A DNA stretch of 64,000 nucleotides from a virus (Duplodnaviria; Caudoviricetes). Positions 47,315 to 58,356 of the stretch are shown here, one piece after another; the first letter of the stretch is position 1; the number at the start of each line of letters is the position of its first letter. The notes below the pieces were generated by a model, which was not told the DNA's origin, searched no databases, and worked only from the letters and a program-made list of their open reading frames with translations. The stretch is from positions 74,081 to 138,080 of the IMG/VR virus record IMGVR_UViG_2907202186_000003; one strand, given 5' to 3'. The position numbers and the translations under genes were made by a program.

Positions 47315-50300
47315 TTGAATGAAGATTTGAGAATTCTCATATCTGTAGGACTGAAATCAACTACTGTTACGGATATTAATAAAGAACTTGAAAAATTAGC
47401 TAAAGACACCTCTCTTCAAAAACTAAACGTAAAGATAAATATTGACGAAAGCTTTACAAAGTCAATCAACAGTTTCATTGAAGTAACAAAAAAATTAGAT
47501 CAAGCCTTGCAGCAACAAAATCAGATTGTTAAAGAAAATATTACTACATACGCAAAACTTGATGGGTCAATAGAAAAGGTTCGAGAAAAACATTTAGCAA
47601 ATGGAACAATAATCACTCAAACCAATAAAAAGATTGACGAACATAATCAAAAGCTTAAACAAGAAACCCAAGCATATGATGACCAGAGAAAAACTATTCA
47701 ACAATTTGAAAAAGAACTTGTTGGTTTTAACAAGCTTAAAACTCAAACCGTAAAGAATGGCGCTGGGGAAATAGCTGGATATAGAAATACATATGTAAGT
47801 CCAACAGGTCAACAGTTAACTGTCAATGCCGATGCAGAAGGCATCGTTAAAAAGTCTACACAGACACGCGATTATCTCCTTCAGATGGGAGATATTCAAA
47901 AAATTGAAGATGCTCGGATTAAATCAGAGCTAAGAGTTCGCGATGAAGAACGTAAAGTCAATGAGGCACAACAAAAAGCAATTCAAAAAAGTGCAGACGC
48001 AGATCGTGAAGCCCATAACAAAAAGCTAAGCCAATTAAGAGAATTTCAACGTAAAGCAGAAGAAACATATGCAAAGATCGGTTCTCAGAAATTAACCATA
48101 GACAATGCTCAAAAATTAGATGGCACTATCGCTCAGGTAAGAAGCCTTGATGTGAATGATGCTAATCTCACTTCTAAAATGAGGAATATATCTAATGGAT
48201 TTAAAGATATATCCGCATCAGCAAAAGAAGGCTCTACTAGGCTTAGGGCATTTGTGGATAGCGCAGGAAAACTAGCAGCTCATGTGCCAGTTTTCATGGC
48301 GGTTCACACTGCTATTTATGGTGTGTTTAATGCCATATCTGAAGGCTTCAGGGGTATGATTGACATTGAGGCTAAAATGGCTGGCTACATCCAAACCAAC
48401 GAAACATACTTTAAATCGCTGACGGGCGAAGGATTGGATCAAAAAAAGATCAATGATCAAACTCAGCAATTTATTTTGACTGCTCATGAGCTTGGTGCCG
48501 AAATTGGCGAAGTTACTGAGTCTGCCCGTCTCTGGGGGCGAATGTATAAGGACGTTGGTGTAGTTCAGGAACTAGTACGTCAATCCACAATGCTCTCAAC
48601 TGTTGACCTTGTATCACTTGAGGACGCAACAAAATCAATGGAATCAGTTCTCGCACAATACGGAGTCCAGTTGAAGAACGTTGCTGCCGCCCAGTTATAC
48701 GGAAACCGAATACTAGACTCCTGGTCTAAAGTGGCTCACGATACGATGGCTCCCGCCAGAGACCTTGGAGCAGCATTTGAACGTACTGGCAAAATCGCAT
48801 CTGAAACTGGCGTTTCATTCGACTTCTTGAATGGTTTAGTATCTTCGGGTATGCGAAACACTGCTTTGTCAGGCGAAAATCTCGGCAACATGTGGAAGAC
48901 CGTTCTGGGTACTATTCGAACCGGTAAAGCTGTAGCTGAAATTGAAAAACTTGGTGTGGCTACGAAAGAAGTTGTTGATGGTACTGAACAATGGCGTAAA
49001 GCTGAAGATATTCTATTGGATTTATCTATAGCAGTCACCGACAAGAACTATGACCTTACTAAGTCCTATGCCGACATCTCGCGTGGTGTATATCAATATG
49101 CGAAACTTGCAGCATCTCTGAACGCTGGGGATATCTTACGTGGTACTGCTGCATCTATAAGCTCTTCAGGTGAAACTTTAGAGTACCTAAAAGTTCAAAT
49201 GGATACAATTCAGCGAAAATCATCGCAGGTAAAAACATCGTTCCTTGAAATTTTTAACACTGCTGGAAACGATGGGTTAAGAAGTAGTCTTAAAAATATT
49301 TTAGATATCATTGATCGCTTGTTAATCGGCATTACAAAAATGCCCCCTGGACTGATTGAATTTGGAGCTTTATTTGCAGGTGTTGCTGGAGCTGCAGCTC
49401 TTGCTAAACAACCAGTTCTAAATTTAATTAAGACTATCGATTACTATAGAACTGCCAGAGTAGCAAGTGCCGCTGCAACTGCTGCAGAAACTACTGCTAA
49501 CACCACCAATATTGTCTCTGCTGAAGGACAAATCTTAGCAACCGTACAAAAAACAGTGGCGACAGAAGCAGAAACCGCTGCGATAGGAATGCAAACTGCG
49601 GCAACCGCGACTGCGACCACCGTCGCGAATGGATTTACTGCTTCGGCAGCAGCGGCTACTGCGACAATGGCTATATTAACTGGGGGTCTTATTGTACTCG
49701 CTGGTATTTTTGTTACAGTTGCATTAAACGCTGGTAAAGCAGAAAAGCAACATAGGGATAATGTGCAGACCATCAAAGATGAAATAGCTGCAAACAATCA
49801 ATTAATTAGTCAATATAAAAGACAATCCGAATTTGTTCCTAAAGCTGCTAAGGCTTATAAAGCTTATAACGACATGATTAATAAAGGTTCTCTTAATGCA
49901 AAACAACAAGCAGATGCTCAAAAGCAGCTAATTGAAGTCGAAAAAGCTTTAACCGAGACATTAGCAGATCAGGACTTATCAAGACTGAAGTCTCAACTAA
50001 ATAGAACTGATGTTGACTATCAAAAAGCAATAGAAAATGAAATAGATTTACTTAATCAAAAAACTGAAGCTCAAAGAAAATCCAACAAAGAAGAGATTAA
50101 CAGACTGCAATCCGAAGGAGAAAAAAGTATTGCATCGAAATACGATGAAATACTAAAGAAAGAAAAAGAGCTTACAAAATACAAAGAGCTAAACAAATAT
50201 AGAGGCGAAGGAGTAGAATTTCGTCAACTCCAAGAACAACTTGAAAAGTTAAAAAACGAGTATGCATCTCTAAAAAAAGAACAGCAAGGTTATGACGAGC

Positions 50301-53300
50301 AATTACTACAATTAAATAGCGATCAAATCGATCAATTAAGCGCCAAATTAGGAACAGTAACCGAAAATGCAGACGATGCAGCTGAAGCCATAAATACACT
50401 ATTTGAAAATATAGATGGTTATGCTGATGATGTCAAAACGCTTAATCAAACTATTGATAAGCTTAACAAAGGCCAATCTTTAAATAGCGAAGAAGTTTAC
50501 GATTTAGTTAAGAAATATCCCGAACTTGCTGGACATGTTAAGAAAACAACCGAAGGCTGGAAGCTTGAGCTTGATGCAATTAAGAACTTACGCAAAGATA
50601 AGATAAAGTTTGCAAATGAAGACATTGAAGCTCAAAAGAAGAATTCTTTAAACACACTTAATGAATCCTTGAAAAGAATTAAGATATACGGTCTAGAATT
50701 ACAAACAATTAATAATATACAAGATGCAAAAAAAGAAATAAACAAACTAAACGATACGACAAATCCTCTGTTAAAAGATGAATCATATCTAGGTGGCTTA
50801 GAAAACATTGGTGCCAATTCAAAACACGGCTCACCTTTTTCAGATTGGAATAGGCAACTTAATGATTCTAGAAAGCAGTCTGCTTCTGAGGCAAAATCTT
50901 TATTGCAAGGCTATGTTGATTCTCAAGAGAAAATTGAGAAACAGATGAACGACTTGTTATTATCTATGTCGAACGATGATTTCGGGATAGGTGAAGAATC
51001 CAAAAAAAATAACAAGGAGCTAAATGATAGCTTTAGCGAAACAAATGAAATTTTAACTGCAACACAAAAAAGACTTCGCGAAATTCAAACCGAACTCGAA
51101 AAGTTAAACAACAAACGATCAAAAATTAAAAAGGGTTCAGAAGAATACCGAAAGTCTTTGCAAGAAGAGATAAAGCTTCTGAAGGAACAAAAGAACTTAT
51201 ACGAAGACGGTATTAATAACCCAGAAAAATTAGTATCTACAAAAGTCACTACTTCTTCTAAATCTTCAACAGGTTCCTCCTCCTCTTCTTCGACTTCTGT
51301 TTCCAATTTGATCGCTAACGCGCAAAGTCTTCAGGGTAAGCTAACATACAAACAAATCTCTGGAGAGTTTAAAGGTACATATGATCAGTTCGTAAATAGA
51401 GCACTCTCAGATTGTTCTCAATTTGTTCAAGAGATGTTTAAACAGTTTGCAGATGTAAAACTCCCTCGTACAGCAGCTGAACAGTTTAAAAAAGGAACCA
51501 AGGTTGAAAAGTCCGATCTGCAAGCAGGAGACTTGGTATTCTTTAATACAACAGGTAAAACCGCTTCTCATGTTGGTATTTATACGGGTAACGGCAAGTT
51601 TATTCAGATGGGTAATCATGGGCTAAGTGAACAGAGTTTAGACAGTAAAACATGGACAGAGACGTATAAGTACGATGGTGCAAGACGTGTATCGGCTGGT
51701 GGAGTTACAACAACACCGAAATCTTCTTCGTCTTCTTCGCCTAAAACTTCTACCAAAAACGCCTCTCAAAGCGACTTGGATGCTGCTGCAGAAACTGCTA
51801 AACAAAAAACGGAAGAAGCTAACGCAAAAATATATCAACTTACTATTGATATAATTCAGGACGTTGTAACTGAATCAGAAAATCGTATTGATCGATTCAG
51901 TACACTCATAGCTCAATCCCAGGGTAGACAGTCGAGATATTCTGAGGATTCGGCTAACTGGAGAAAAGAAGAAAGTTCACAGTCATCCTATCTCCAAGAG
52001 CAACAGAAAGAAATTGAAAATCAGAATAAGCAACTTGATAAGCTGGTCAAAGAGAACGCGATTACTTCTGGAGAATTTGATAAACAGAAAGCCGCCAATA
52101 GTGAAAAATGGTGGGATTACGAAAAACAAATTCAAGAGAAGCGATTCAATGTTATTTCTAGTTACCTAAAAGAGTACGATGGTAAGATTGATAAGGTTAA
52201 AACACAGTTTGATGAAGCTAGTGCAAAGATGGGATTAATGACCGAAGGGACAAAAGAGTATAATGATGCCCTTCAAGATCAAATTCCTTTACTACGAAAC
52301 GAGCAACAACTTCATCAACAGAAAATTGATCTTATTAATAAACAGCTAAGTAGCGATAAGCTTACCGCTGCACAAAAAGCTGAACTAATTACTCAACTAC
52401 ACACAGAGACGGCTGCATGGCTTGATAATGAATCAGCTATTAAGTCTAATATCGAACGTCTTGCTGATCTTAGAAAATCCGCAGCTGACAAAATCATAAG
52501 CGATTATAAAGCGATGATTGAAAAACAGAGAGACCTTGAATTGTCTGCGTTTGATCAGCAAAAAGAAGCCGAAGATAAGCGTCATGAACAGATTAAGAAA
52601 AATCTTGAAGAAGAAAATAAACTCTACGAAGATATCATCAATCCTCAAATAAAAGCTTTAGACAGACAGAACAGTTCGGATGATCACGAATCAGAATTAA
52701 ATAATAAGCTTAAAGATCGTCAGAAGTTACAAGACGAGATCAACAAGTACTCACTGGATGAGTCCATTGAAGGTAAAGCCAAAAAGAAACAACTTCAAGA
52801 ACAATTGTATGCCAAAGATGAAGAAATCGCTAAGTTTAAGCTTGATCGTGAACGTGAACTTCGGAAGCAAAGTCTTCAAGACCAATTAGATGATCATAAG
52901 AATCAGTCAGACCAAATTGCTGACAATGAAGATAAATTAAACAAAGAAATCAATGATAACATTGATCAAGAAAAGAAGGCTGTTGAGCAGAAATATAAAG
53001 ACATTCTTGAGAATGATAAGAAGTATTACGATCTTAAGCAAGGATTGCTAAGTAATGATTCGTCTGTTGTTAATTCTACTCTTGCGGAATTGCAACTAGG
53101 ATATGATACATATTTTGGGCAGTTGAAAGATCATGTATTTGATACTAACCAGGAGTTTGAAAATCTCAACTATACTCTTCAACAAAGCTTGGAGATGCTG
53201 AAAAAGTATTCAGGTGGAGACTACTCAGAACAGAATGACTTCCCATCCGGTTATACTCCCCCATCCTCCACTCCTTCATCTGGTAGCAACAATAATAATA

Positions 53301-53824
53301 CAGCCAAAGAAGCATGGAAAAATTATCTGAGTAATAAGCAATCAGCAGAATCAATAACACAACAAGTTATTAATTTAAATAGAACTAACCCTAACTCACC
53401 AGAAATTGCTAAGTTAAAATCTCAGTTAGACACATTAAAACAGCAAAACGATTCTATGCGGACTCAATATGGGTTTCCAGATGGTAGTTATAATGAATTG
53501 AAGAATAAGAATATTTTCTCGGCTGAAACAGGTGGTATGACTCCAGCATTTACAGGTGGAAAGTTTCTTTTAGCACATGAGAAGGAACTAGTGCTAAACA
53601 AAAATGATACTGCTAATCTAATTACCGCTGTAGACATTACACGGAATATGGTTAGCGGTCTGAAAAATTTAACATCTCTGCTTTTGCCAAAATCACCATC
53701 CCCTGCTCTCGCAGGTGGAGTAGAAATTAAACAAATTATTATCAACGCGAATGACAAAGAATCAGGAGAAAGCATTTATAAGAAATTCGCAAAAGAGGTA
53801 TCGAGGAATATGAAAAGAAACTAA
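47315..53824 (+). CDS. tape measure protein with NlpC/P60 peptidoglycan hydrolase domain
   Basis: 2169 aa coiled coil with TM-like segments; DCSQFV...LQAGDLVFF...SHVGIY. Confidence 0.9.
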   Translation: MNEDLRILISVGLKSTTVTDINKELEKLAKDTSLQKLNVKINIDESFTKSINSFIEVTKKLDQALQQQNQIVKENITTYAKLDGSIEKVREKHLANGTIITQTNKKIDEHNQKLKQETQAYDDQRKTIQQFEKELVGFNKLKTQTVKNGAGEIAGYRNTYVSPTGQQLTVNADAEGIVKKSTQTRDYLLQMGDIQKIEDARIKSELRVRDEERKVNEAQQKAIQKSADADREAHNKKLSQLREFQRKAEETYAKIGSQKLTIDNAQKLDGTIAQVRSLDVNDANLTSKMRNISNGFKDISASAKEGSTRLRAFVDSAGKLAAHVPVFMAVHTAIYGVFNAISEGFRGMIDIEAKMAGYIQTNETYFKSLTGEGLDQKKINDQTQQFILTAHELGAEIGEVTESARLWGRMYKDVGVVQELVRQSTMLSTVDLVSLEDATKSMESVLAQYGVQLKNVAAAQLYGNRILDSWSKVAHDTMAPARDLGAAFERTGKIASETGVSFDFLNGLVSSGMRNTALSGENLGNMWKTVLGTIRTGKAVAEIEKLGVATKEVVDGTEQWRKAEDILLDLSIAVTDKNYDLTKSYADISRGVYQYAKLAASLNAGDILRGTAASISSSGETLEYLKVQMDTIQRKSSQVKTSFLEIFNTAGNDGLRSSLKNILDIIDRLLIGITKMPPGLIEFGALFAGVAGAAALAKQPVLNLIKTIDYYRTARVASAAATAAETTANTTNIVSAEGQILATVQKTVATEAETAAIGMQTAATATATTVANGFTASAAAATATMAILTGGLIVLAGIFVTVALNAGKAEKQHRDNVQTIKDEIAANNQLISQYKRQSEFVPKAAKAYKAYNDMINKGSLNAKQQADAQKQLIEVEKALTETLADQDLSRLKSQLNRTDVDYQKAIENEIDLLNQKTEAQRKSNKEEINRLQSEGEKSIASKYDEILKKEKELTKYKELNKYRGEGVEFRQLQEQLEKLKNEYASLKKEQQGYDEQLLQLNSDQIDQLSAKLGTVTENADDAAEAINTLFENIDGYADDVKTLNQTIDKLNKGQSLNSEEVYDLVKKYPELAGHVKKTTEGWKLELDAIKNLRKDKIKFANEDIEAQKKNSLNTLNESLKRIKIYGLELQTINNIQDAKKEINKLNDTTNPLLKDESYLGGLENIGANSKHGSPFSDWNRQLNDSRKQSASEAKSLLQGYVDSQEKIEKQMNDLLLSMSNDDFGIGEESKKNNKELNDSFSETNEILTATQKRLREIQTELEKLNNKRSKIKKGSEEYRKSLQEEIKLLKEQKNLYEDGINNPEKLVSTKVTTSSKSSTGSSSSSSTSVSNLIANAQSLQGKLTYKQISGEFKGTYDQFVNRALSDCSQFVQEMFKQFADVKLPRTAAEQFKKGTKVEKSDLQAGDLVFFNTTGKTASHVGIYTGNGKFIQMGNHGLSEQSLDSKTWTETYKYDGARRVSAGGVTTTPKSSSSSSPKTSTKNASQSDLDAAAETAKQKTEEANAKIYQLTIDIIQDVVTESENRIDRFSTLIAQSQGRQSRYSEDSANWRKEESSQSSYLQEQQKEIENQNKQLDKLVKENAITSGEFDKQKAANSEKWWDYEKQIQEKRFNVISSYLKEYDGKIDKVKTQFDEASAKMGLMTEGTKEYNDALQDQIPLLRNEQQLHQQKIDLINKQLSSDKLTAAQKAELITQLHTETAAWLDNESAIKSNIERLADLRKSAADKIISDYKAMIEKQRDLELSAFDQQKEAEDKRHEQIKKNLEEENKLYEDIINPQIKALDRQNSSDDHESELNNKLKDRQKLQDEINKYSLDESIEGKAKKKQLQEQLYAKDEEIAKFKLDRERELRKQSLQDQLDDHKNQSDQIADNEDKLNKEINDNIDQEKKAVEQKYKDILENDKKYYDLKQGLLSNDSSVVNSTLAELQLGYDTYFGQLKDHVFDTNQEFENLNYTLQQSLEMLKKYSGGDYSEQNDFPSGYTPPSSTPSSGSNNNNTAKEAWKNYLSNKQSAESITQQVINLNRTNPNSPEIAKLKSQLDTLKQQNDSMRTQYGFPDGSYNELKNKNIFSAETGGMTPAFTGGKFLLAHEKELVLNKNDTANLITAVDITRNMVSGLKNLTSLLLPKSPSPALAGGVEIKQIIINANDKESGESIYKKFAKEVSRNMKRN

Positions 53825-53874
53825 AGTATTGCGGCGGGATTATGTCTCGCCGCTTTTTACTGTGAGGTGAAAAT

Positions 53875-54648
53875 ATGACAATAGCTGAAAGTCTATATTT
53901 TGTTTATGACGGAGTTCGAAGTGATGAGATGGGGCTTTTAAATGTAAACATGCAATCTGGAATGCTTGAGGAAATATTCCTACCAGAACAATCCATAACC
54001 GAAGTAACTATTAGAGGAAGAGATACACCATATTTTATTGAAACAAAGAGATCTCCATTTACCCTTAGTTTGTCTTTCGCTTTTGAAGATACTTTTGATG
54101 AGGATAAGATTAGGAGCATTGTGAACTGGCTTTCTAATCAGCCATATTATAAGCCACTTTATTTCTCAGACAATTTAAACAAATGGTATTACACCATTTA
54201 TACGGGTGAAGCCAAGCTTCTTCATAATGCGTTGAAACAAGGCTACATTACAATTGAAATGAGAAACATTAGCCCTTATACATACTCACCAATTTATCAG
54301 TCAGGTGTCTTTGATTATTCAAACAATGTACCTGAAGGTTCAGAGTTTGTTTTGAACAATACTGGAACACTTAATTGTAAACCCTTAATCAGAATAGAAA
54401 AAGTTGGATTAGGTGAAATCAAAATCGTTAATTACTCAAATCGTGGAGAAACTTTTTCAATTATCAATTTGGTTGAACGTGAGATTGTTGATATCGATTG
54501 TGAGCAAGAAGATATTACTTCAGATATCCCGTTAACTTACCACTTTGATAATGCTACTGGTAACTATCCGAGTTTTGTTCCTGGTATGAACTTCCTTAGA
54601 GTCTATGGTAATTGCAAGATTCAATGGACTTATCAATTTGCACAATAG
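53875..54648 (+). CDS. distal tail protein (Dit)
   Basis: Follows the tape measure; F.YDG..S..MG...NNTG...CKP...PG.N.L. Confidence 0.8.
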   Translation: MTIAESLYFVYDGVRSDEMGLLNVNMQSGMLEEIFLPEQSITEVTIRGRDTPYFIETKRSPFTLSLSFAFEDTFDEDKIRSIVNWLSNQPYYKPLYFSDNLNKWYYTIYTGEAKLLHNALKQGYITIEMRNISPYTYSPIYQSGVFDYSNNVPEGSEFVLNNTGTLNCKPLIRIEKVGLGEIKIVNYSNRGETFSIINLVEREIVDIDCEQEDITSDIPLTYHFDNATGNYPSFVPGMNFLRVYGNCKIQWTYQFAQ

Positions 54649-54669
54649 GATAAAAGGAGATCTGATTAA

Positions 54670-57399
54670 TTGATTACAACTGTAAGTGGAGAAATAATTA
54701 AACCTAAGTATTATTTGTGTAAACCTGACTTGCATCGAACTACAATAGCGCACTTGAAAGAAGTGATGCACGATTCACAGAAGATTGCATTAAATGGATT
54801 GAATCAATTAGATTTTTCTCTTCCGATCTTTATGAACAATACGAGAAACAAAAAGAGAAATAAGAATATTGATTTAATCAAGGAACACTTCTTGATTAGA
54901 GTGGAAAAAGGAAACGACACAGAATATTACATTATTGATAAAGTATCGAAAATAATGGATGATTCCGATTCTGTAGCGGTTGAATGTTACAGCTTGCCAT
55001 ATGAATTATCCTTTAAACTGATCAAAAATTATAGTGTTGTTTCGTATAATACCTCTCAATTGTTAGTGGATATGTTGAAGGAAACCATTTGGAACATTGG
55101 CTACGTAGATGCACAGTTTGACCTAAAATACCGATCCTTTGACTTCAACGGAAATGTTAAGGAAGCGATTTATGAAATAGCCGATAGGTTTGAAGCATTA
55201 GTTATTTGGGATACCATCAAAAGAGAAGTAAGTTTTTATAATCCCGATACATACGGTATGAACAAAGGGTTTAAAACTAAGTATGGCAAGCTTATGAAGG
55301 GCGTAACTCAGGAACTAAATCTTGATGAATTTTGCACTCGACTTAAACTGTTCGGTAAGGATGGAATGTCAATTCAGGCAGTCAATCCTTTAGGAAGCAA
55401 TTTCATTCAGGATTTTTCTTATTTTATGTATCCTTTTGCTATGGATAACAGCGGTAAAATCAAATCCCATAGCTTATATATGAGCGATGAATTGTGTGTT
55501 GCCTTGACAAAATATAATAAGCTAGTTGAAAGTAAATCAGGAGAGTTCTCAAATCTATTGACACAAAAGAATCAGTTAGATACTACTCTAGCTGCGAAAC
55601 AAACTGAACTATCTACTTTGAACACCGAGTTTAATATAATTTCTGACAAGCTAGATACAGCTAATGGAACTGGCCAACCAACGGGTGATTTGATTGCTCA
55701 GAAGAATAATAAACAAGCTCAAATTGATGCTAAACAAGCCGAAATCACTTCGGTCAATAATCAGATTAATTCTCTTATGTCCACTATTCAAGCATTGGGT
55801 AACACATTGAAAATGGAGAATAATCTAACCGCTAATCAATTGATCGAGTTGAATCAGTTCATTATTGAAAAAGAGTTGTCGGATGAGAATTACACAGATG
55901 CCAAGGACTTATATGAAGATGGAAAAAAGAAGTTTCAGAAGATACGTGAGCCTAAAATTATTGTAACTGTTTCCCTGGTTAACTTTTATGAAATCATGAC
56001 TGAAAAACATAACTGGGATAAGTTAAGCATTGGGGACGTAATTACTGTAGAACACGAAGATTTAGGAATACATATTAAAGCAAATGTTACTGAGATTAAT
56101 CCTAATTATGCTGAGTCCGATATTAATTTAACTATTTCGAACGCTGCCGAATTGTCTTTGGATGATCAATTTATGAAAGACCATAAGAATAATATCAGTA
56201 CATCTAATACAGTCAACATGAATCATTACAAATGGGATGATGCCAAAGCAACTGCTGATGATGTATCGACAATTCTAAATAACACATGGGATGCTGTTAA
56301 AAGGGATATTACTGCAGGAGTTAATGAGGATGTAAGCATCAGCAGACGTGGAATCATTATAAGAGATCCAAAAGACCCCAAAAAACTTTTGATCATGCAG
56401 CATGGACAAATTGCCCTCTCCAATGATAATGGTAACACATGGAAAACTGCCATTACTCCCGAAGGGGTATTTGCCGAGAGATTGGTTGGCAAGATCTTAT
56501 TGGGGAATAAACTTATTATTTCTGACGATGATGGGACATTTACTATTGAAGGCAACCTATTAACCATTAAAGATAAGACTGGAACTGTTAGGATTCAGCT
56601 TGGCGAGTATCAAAAAGATAAGTATGGGCTAAAAATTGTAGGTAAGAGCGGAAAGGTTGTATTAGATGAGGATGGAATTTTACAGACTGACACTATTCAG
56701 TTAGCGGATAATGTTGATTCCACTCATTCACTAAAATTGAAATTCTATATTGATGATAATACAATGCGAATTGACAAGGTAAAATTGAATTTTAGTCTTG
56801 AGCGCTTCAGGGCTTATAGTAAAAGTGTTGCCTCTGGCGGTGGAGGATCAACAACATCGGCATCTGGCGGAGGAGATTTAACAACAACAGATTTTGAACA
56901 GATCAACTTGACTACTACTGGCCCACAAAATATTTCTGGAAGCACTCAAACTGAGGGGAGTTATACTGGAACTGGAGGACACAATCATGGTATCAGCGAA
57001 GGAACGCGGTTGGCAACGCATCCAACTTCAAGTGGTGGCTATGTGACATGGGTATCTTCTGGTAATCATTCTCACCCAATCTCTCTTCAATCTCACTCAC
57101 ACAGTATTTCAATGCCCCAGCATAGACATGGCCTTTCTATCCCCAATCATACACATCAAGTCAACATACCATCGCACACACATGACATAGATTATGGTAT
57201 TTTCGAGAGTTCCTATGCATCAGGTGTTCAAATTAAAATAGATGGTATTGTTCGAAATGGCACCATTTACTACAGCGATAGCAATGTAGATATTACTCAA
57301 TGGATTCAAACATCTGGATGGCATACCATTGAACTATCTTCTAATCAATTAGGTAGAATCAATGCTAGTTTGTTTGTAAGAACATTTGTTGGTTCTTAA
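54670..57399 (+). CDS. Tal/tail spike protein
   Basis: Prophage tail endopeptidase-like N-terminus (TRLKLFGKDG), coiled coil, TAITPEGV.AE, His-rich C-terminus. Confidence 0.8.
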   Translation: MITTVSGEIIKPKYYLCKPDLHRTTIAHLKEVMHDSQKIALNGLNQLDFSLPIFMNNTRNKKRNKNIDLIKEHFLIRVEKGNDTEYYIIDKVSKIMDDSDSVAVECYSLPYELSFKLIKNYSVVSYNTSQLLVDMLKETIWNIGYVDAQFDLKYRSFDFNGNVKEAIYEIADRFEALVIWDTIKREVSFYNPDTYGMNKGFKTKYGKLMKGVTQELNLDEFCTRLKLFGKDGMSIQAVNPLGSNFIQDFSYFMYPFAMDNSGKIKSHSLYMSDELCVALTKYNKLVESKSGEFSNLLTQKNQLDTTLAAKQTELSTLNTEFNIISDKLDTANGTGQPTGDLIAQKNNKQAQIDAKQAEITSVNNQINSLMSTIQALGNTLKMENNLTANQLIELNQFIIEKELSDENYTDAKDLYEDGKKKFQKIREPKIIVTVSLVNFYEIMTEKHNWDKLSIGDVITVEHEDLGIHIKANVTEINPNYAESDINLTISNAAELSLDDQFMKDHKNNISTSNTVNMNHYKWDDAKATADDVSTILNNTWDAVKRDITAGVNEDVSISRRGIIIRDPKDPKKLLIMQHGQIALSNDNGNTWKTAITPEGVFAERLVGKILLGNKLIISDDDGTFTIEGNLLTIKDKTGTVRIQLGEYQKDKYGLKIVGKSGKVVLDEDGILQTDTIQLADNVDSTHSLKLKFYIDDNTMRIDKVKLNFSLERFRAYSKSVASGGGGSTTSASGGGDLTTTDFEQINLTTTGPQNISGSTQTEGSYTGTGGHNHGISEGTRLATHPTSSGGYVTWVSSGNHSHPISLQSHSHSISMPQHRHGLSIPNHTHQVNIPSHTHDIDYGIFESSYASGVQIKIDGIVRNGTIYYSDSNVDITQWIQTSGWHTIELSSNQLGRINASLFVRTFVGS

Positions 57400-57441
57400 A
57401 AAATGGTCACACTTTTTTATATAAGCGTGACCATTTATAGT

Positions 57442-58212
57442 TTAATCAACAAACCAGTTTCCCAAAGCATCACTGCTTTGCGATGTTCCGACATTTGGAT
57501 AATAAGCTATTTCTTTAATTTTAAACGATTGAGTTGACTGATAATAGATGTATCCTGTAGCTGTTTCTGATTTATTTAGAATACTTCCTTTGTATTGGTT
57601 CCCGTCAACATCCATAACTACTGTATTACCTAAAGTATTGATTATATTGTCACTTAGAATAGAGTCTGTTTTAAATGTAAACAAACTTCCCAGATTAGAT
57701 ATTCCTCTATCTACAGCGTTGTTAGAAATAGATAAATGAATTTTAAATCCTTTGGAGAATTTCAAATTCCCTACTGTTTCACCATCTGGCATATACTCAA
57801 CCTTATCAATTTTTACAGTTAAACCGTCTTTAGTGATTGATTCACCAAGCTTTAGCTTTTGAACTACTTCTGATTTAGCTTGCTCGGATGGAGTTGATGG
57901 TGTAATTGTTGCCTGAGACGAAGAGGAATCATTAAATTTTTCAGGGTTCTTAATATTAATTGCATCATTCGTTTTATCATAACTTACATCTAGTCCAAGT
58001 GACCTTCCTATCTCTCCAACAGGTAAATAGTTGAGGTTGTTATATTCAAGTGGTTGAGTTTTCAATTGCACCTTCTCACCATTCAGAATAACAGATACCG
58101 TGTTGTTAACTTTGGCAGAGATGGTCTTCACTGCACTCGCTACTACAGGTGATCCAACTGAAATAGTGAGGCCAAGTGCTAAACCTGTGATTAAATAACC
58201 TACTTTTTTCAA
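57442..58212 (-). CDS. secreted protein (stalk-like N-terminal + DUF4352-like Ig domain), moron
   Basis: Signal peptide; YLPVGEIGRSLGLDVSYD; KLGESIT.DGLTV.I. Confidence 0.65.
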   Translation of the reverse strand: MKKVGYLITGLALGLTISVGSPVVASAVKTISAKVNNTVSVILNGEKVQLKTQPLEYNNLNYLPVGEIGRSLGLDVSYDKTNDAINIKNPEKFNDSSSSQATITPSTPSEQAKSEVVQKLKLGESITKDGLTVKIDKVEYMPDGETVGNLKFSKGFKIHLSISNNAVDRGISNLGSLFTFKTDSILSDNIINTLGNTVVMDVDGNQYKGSILNKSETATGYIYYQSTQSFKIKEIAYYPNVGTSQSSDALGNWFVD

Positions 58213-58356
58213 ATTTGTTCACTTCCTTTTGTGGTTACTATGTACTAATATATATCGTCAATTATAAGAAATAATTGATACATTTACCAATGTTTAAAGT
58301 CGTTCTGTTTTGAACGACTTTTTCGTTTTTCTTGAATTAAGAAAAGGAGGAGTCTT

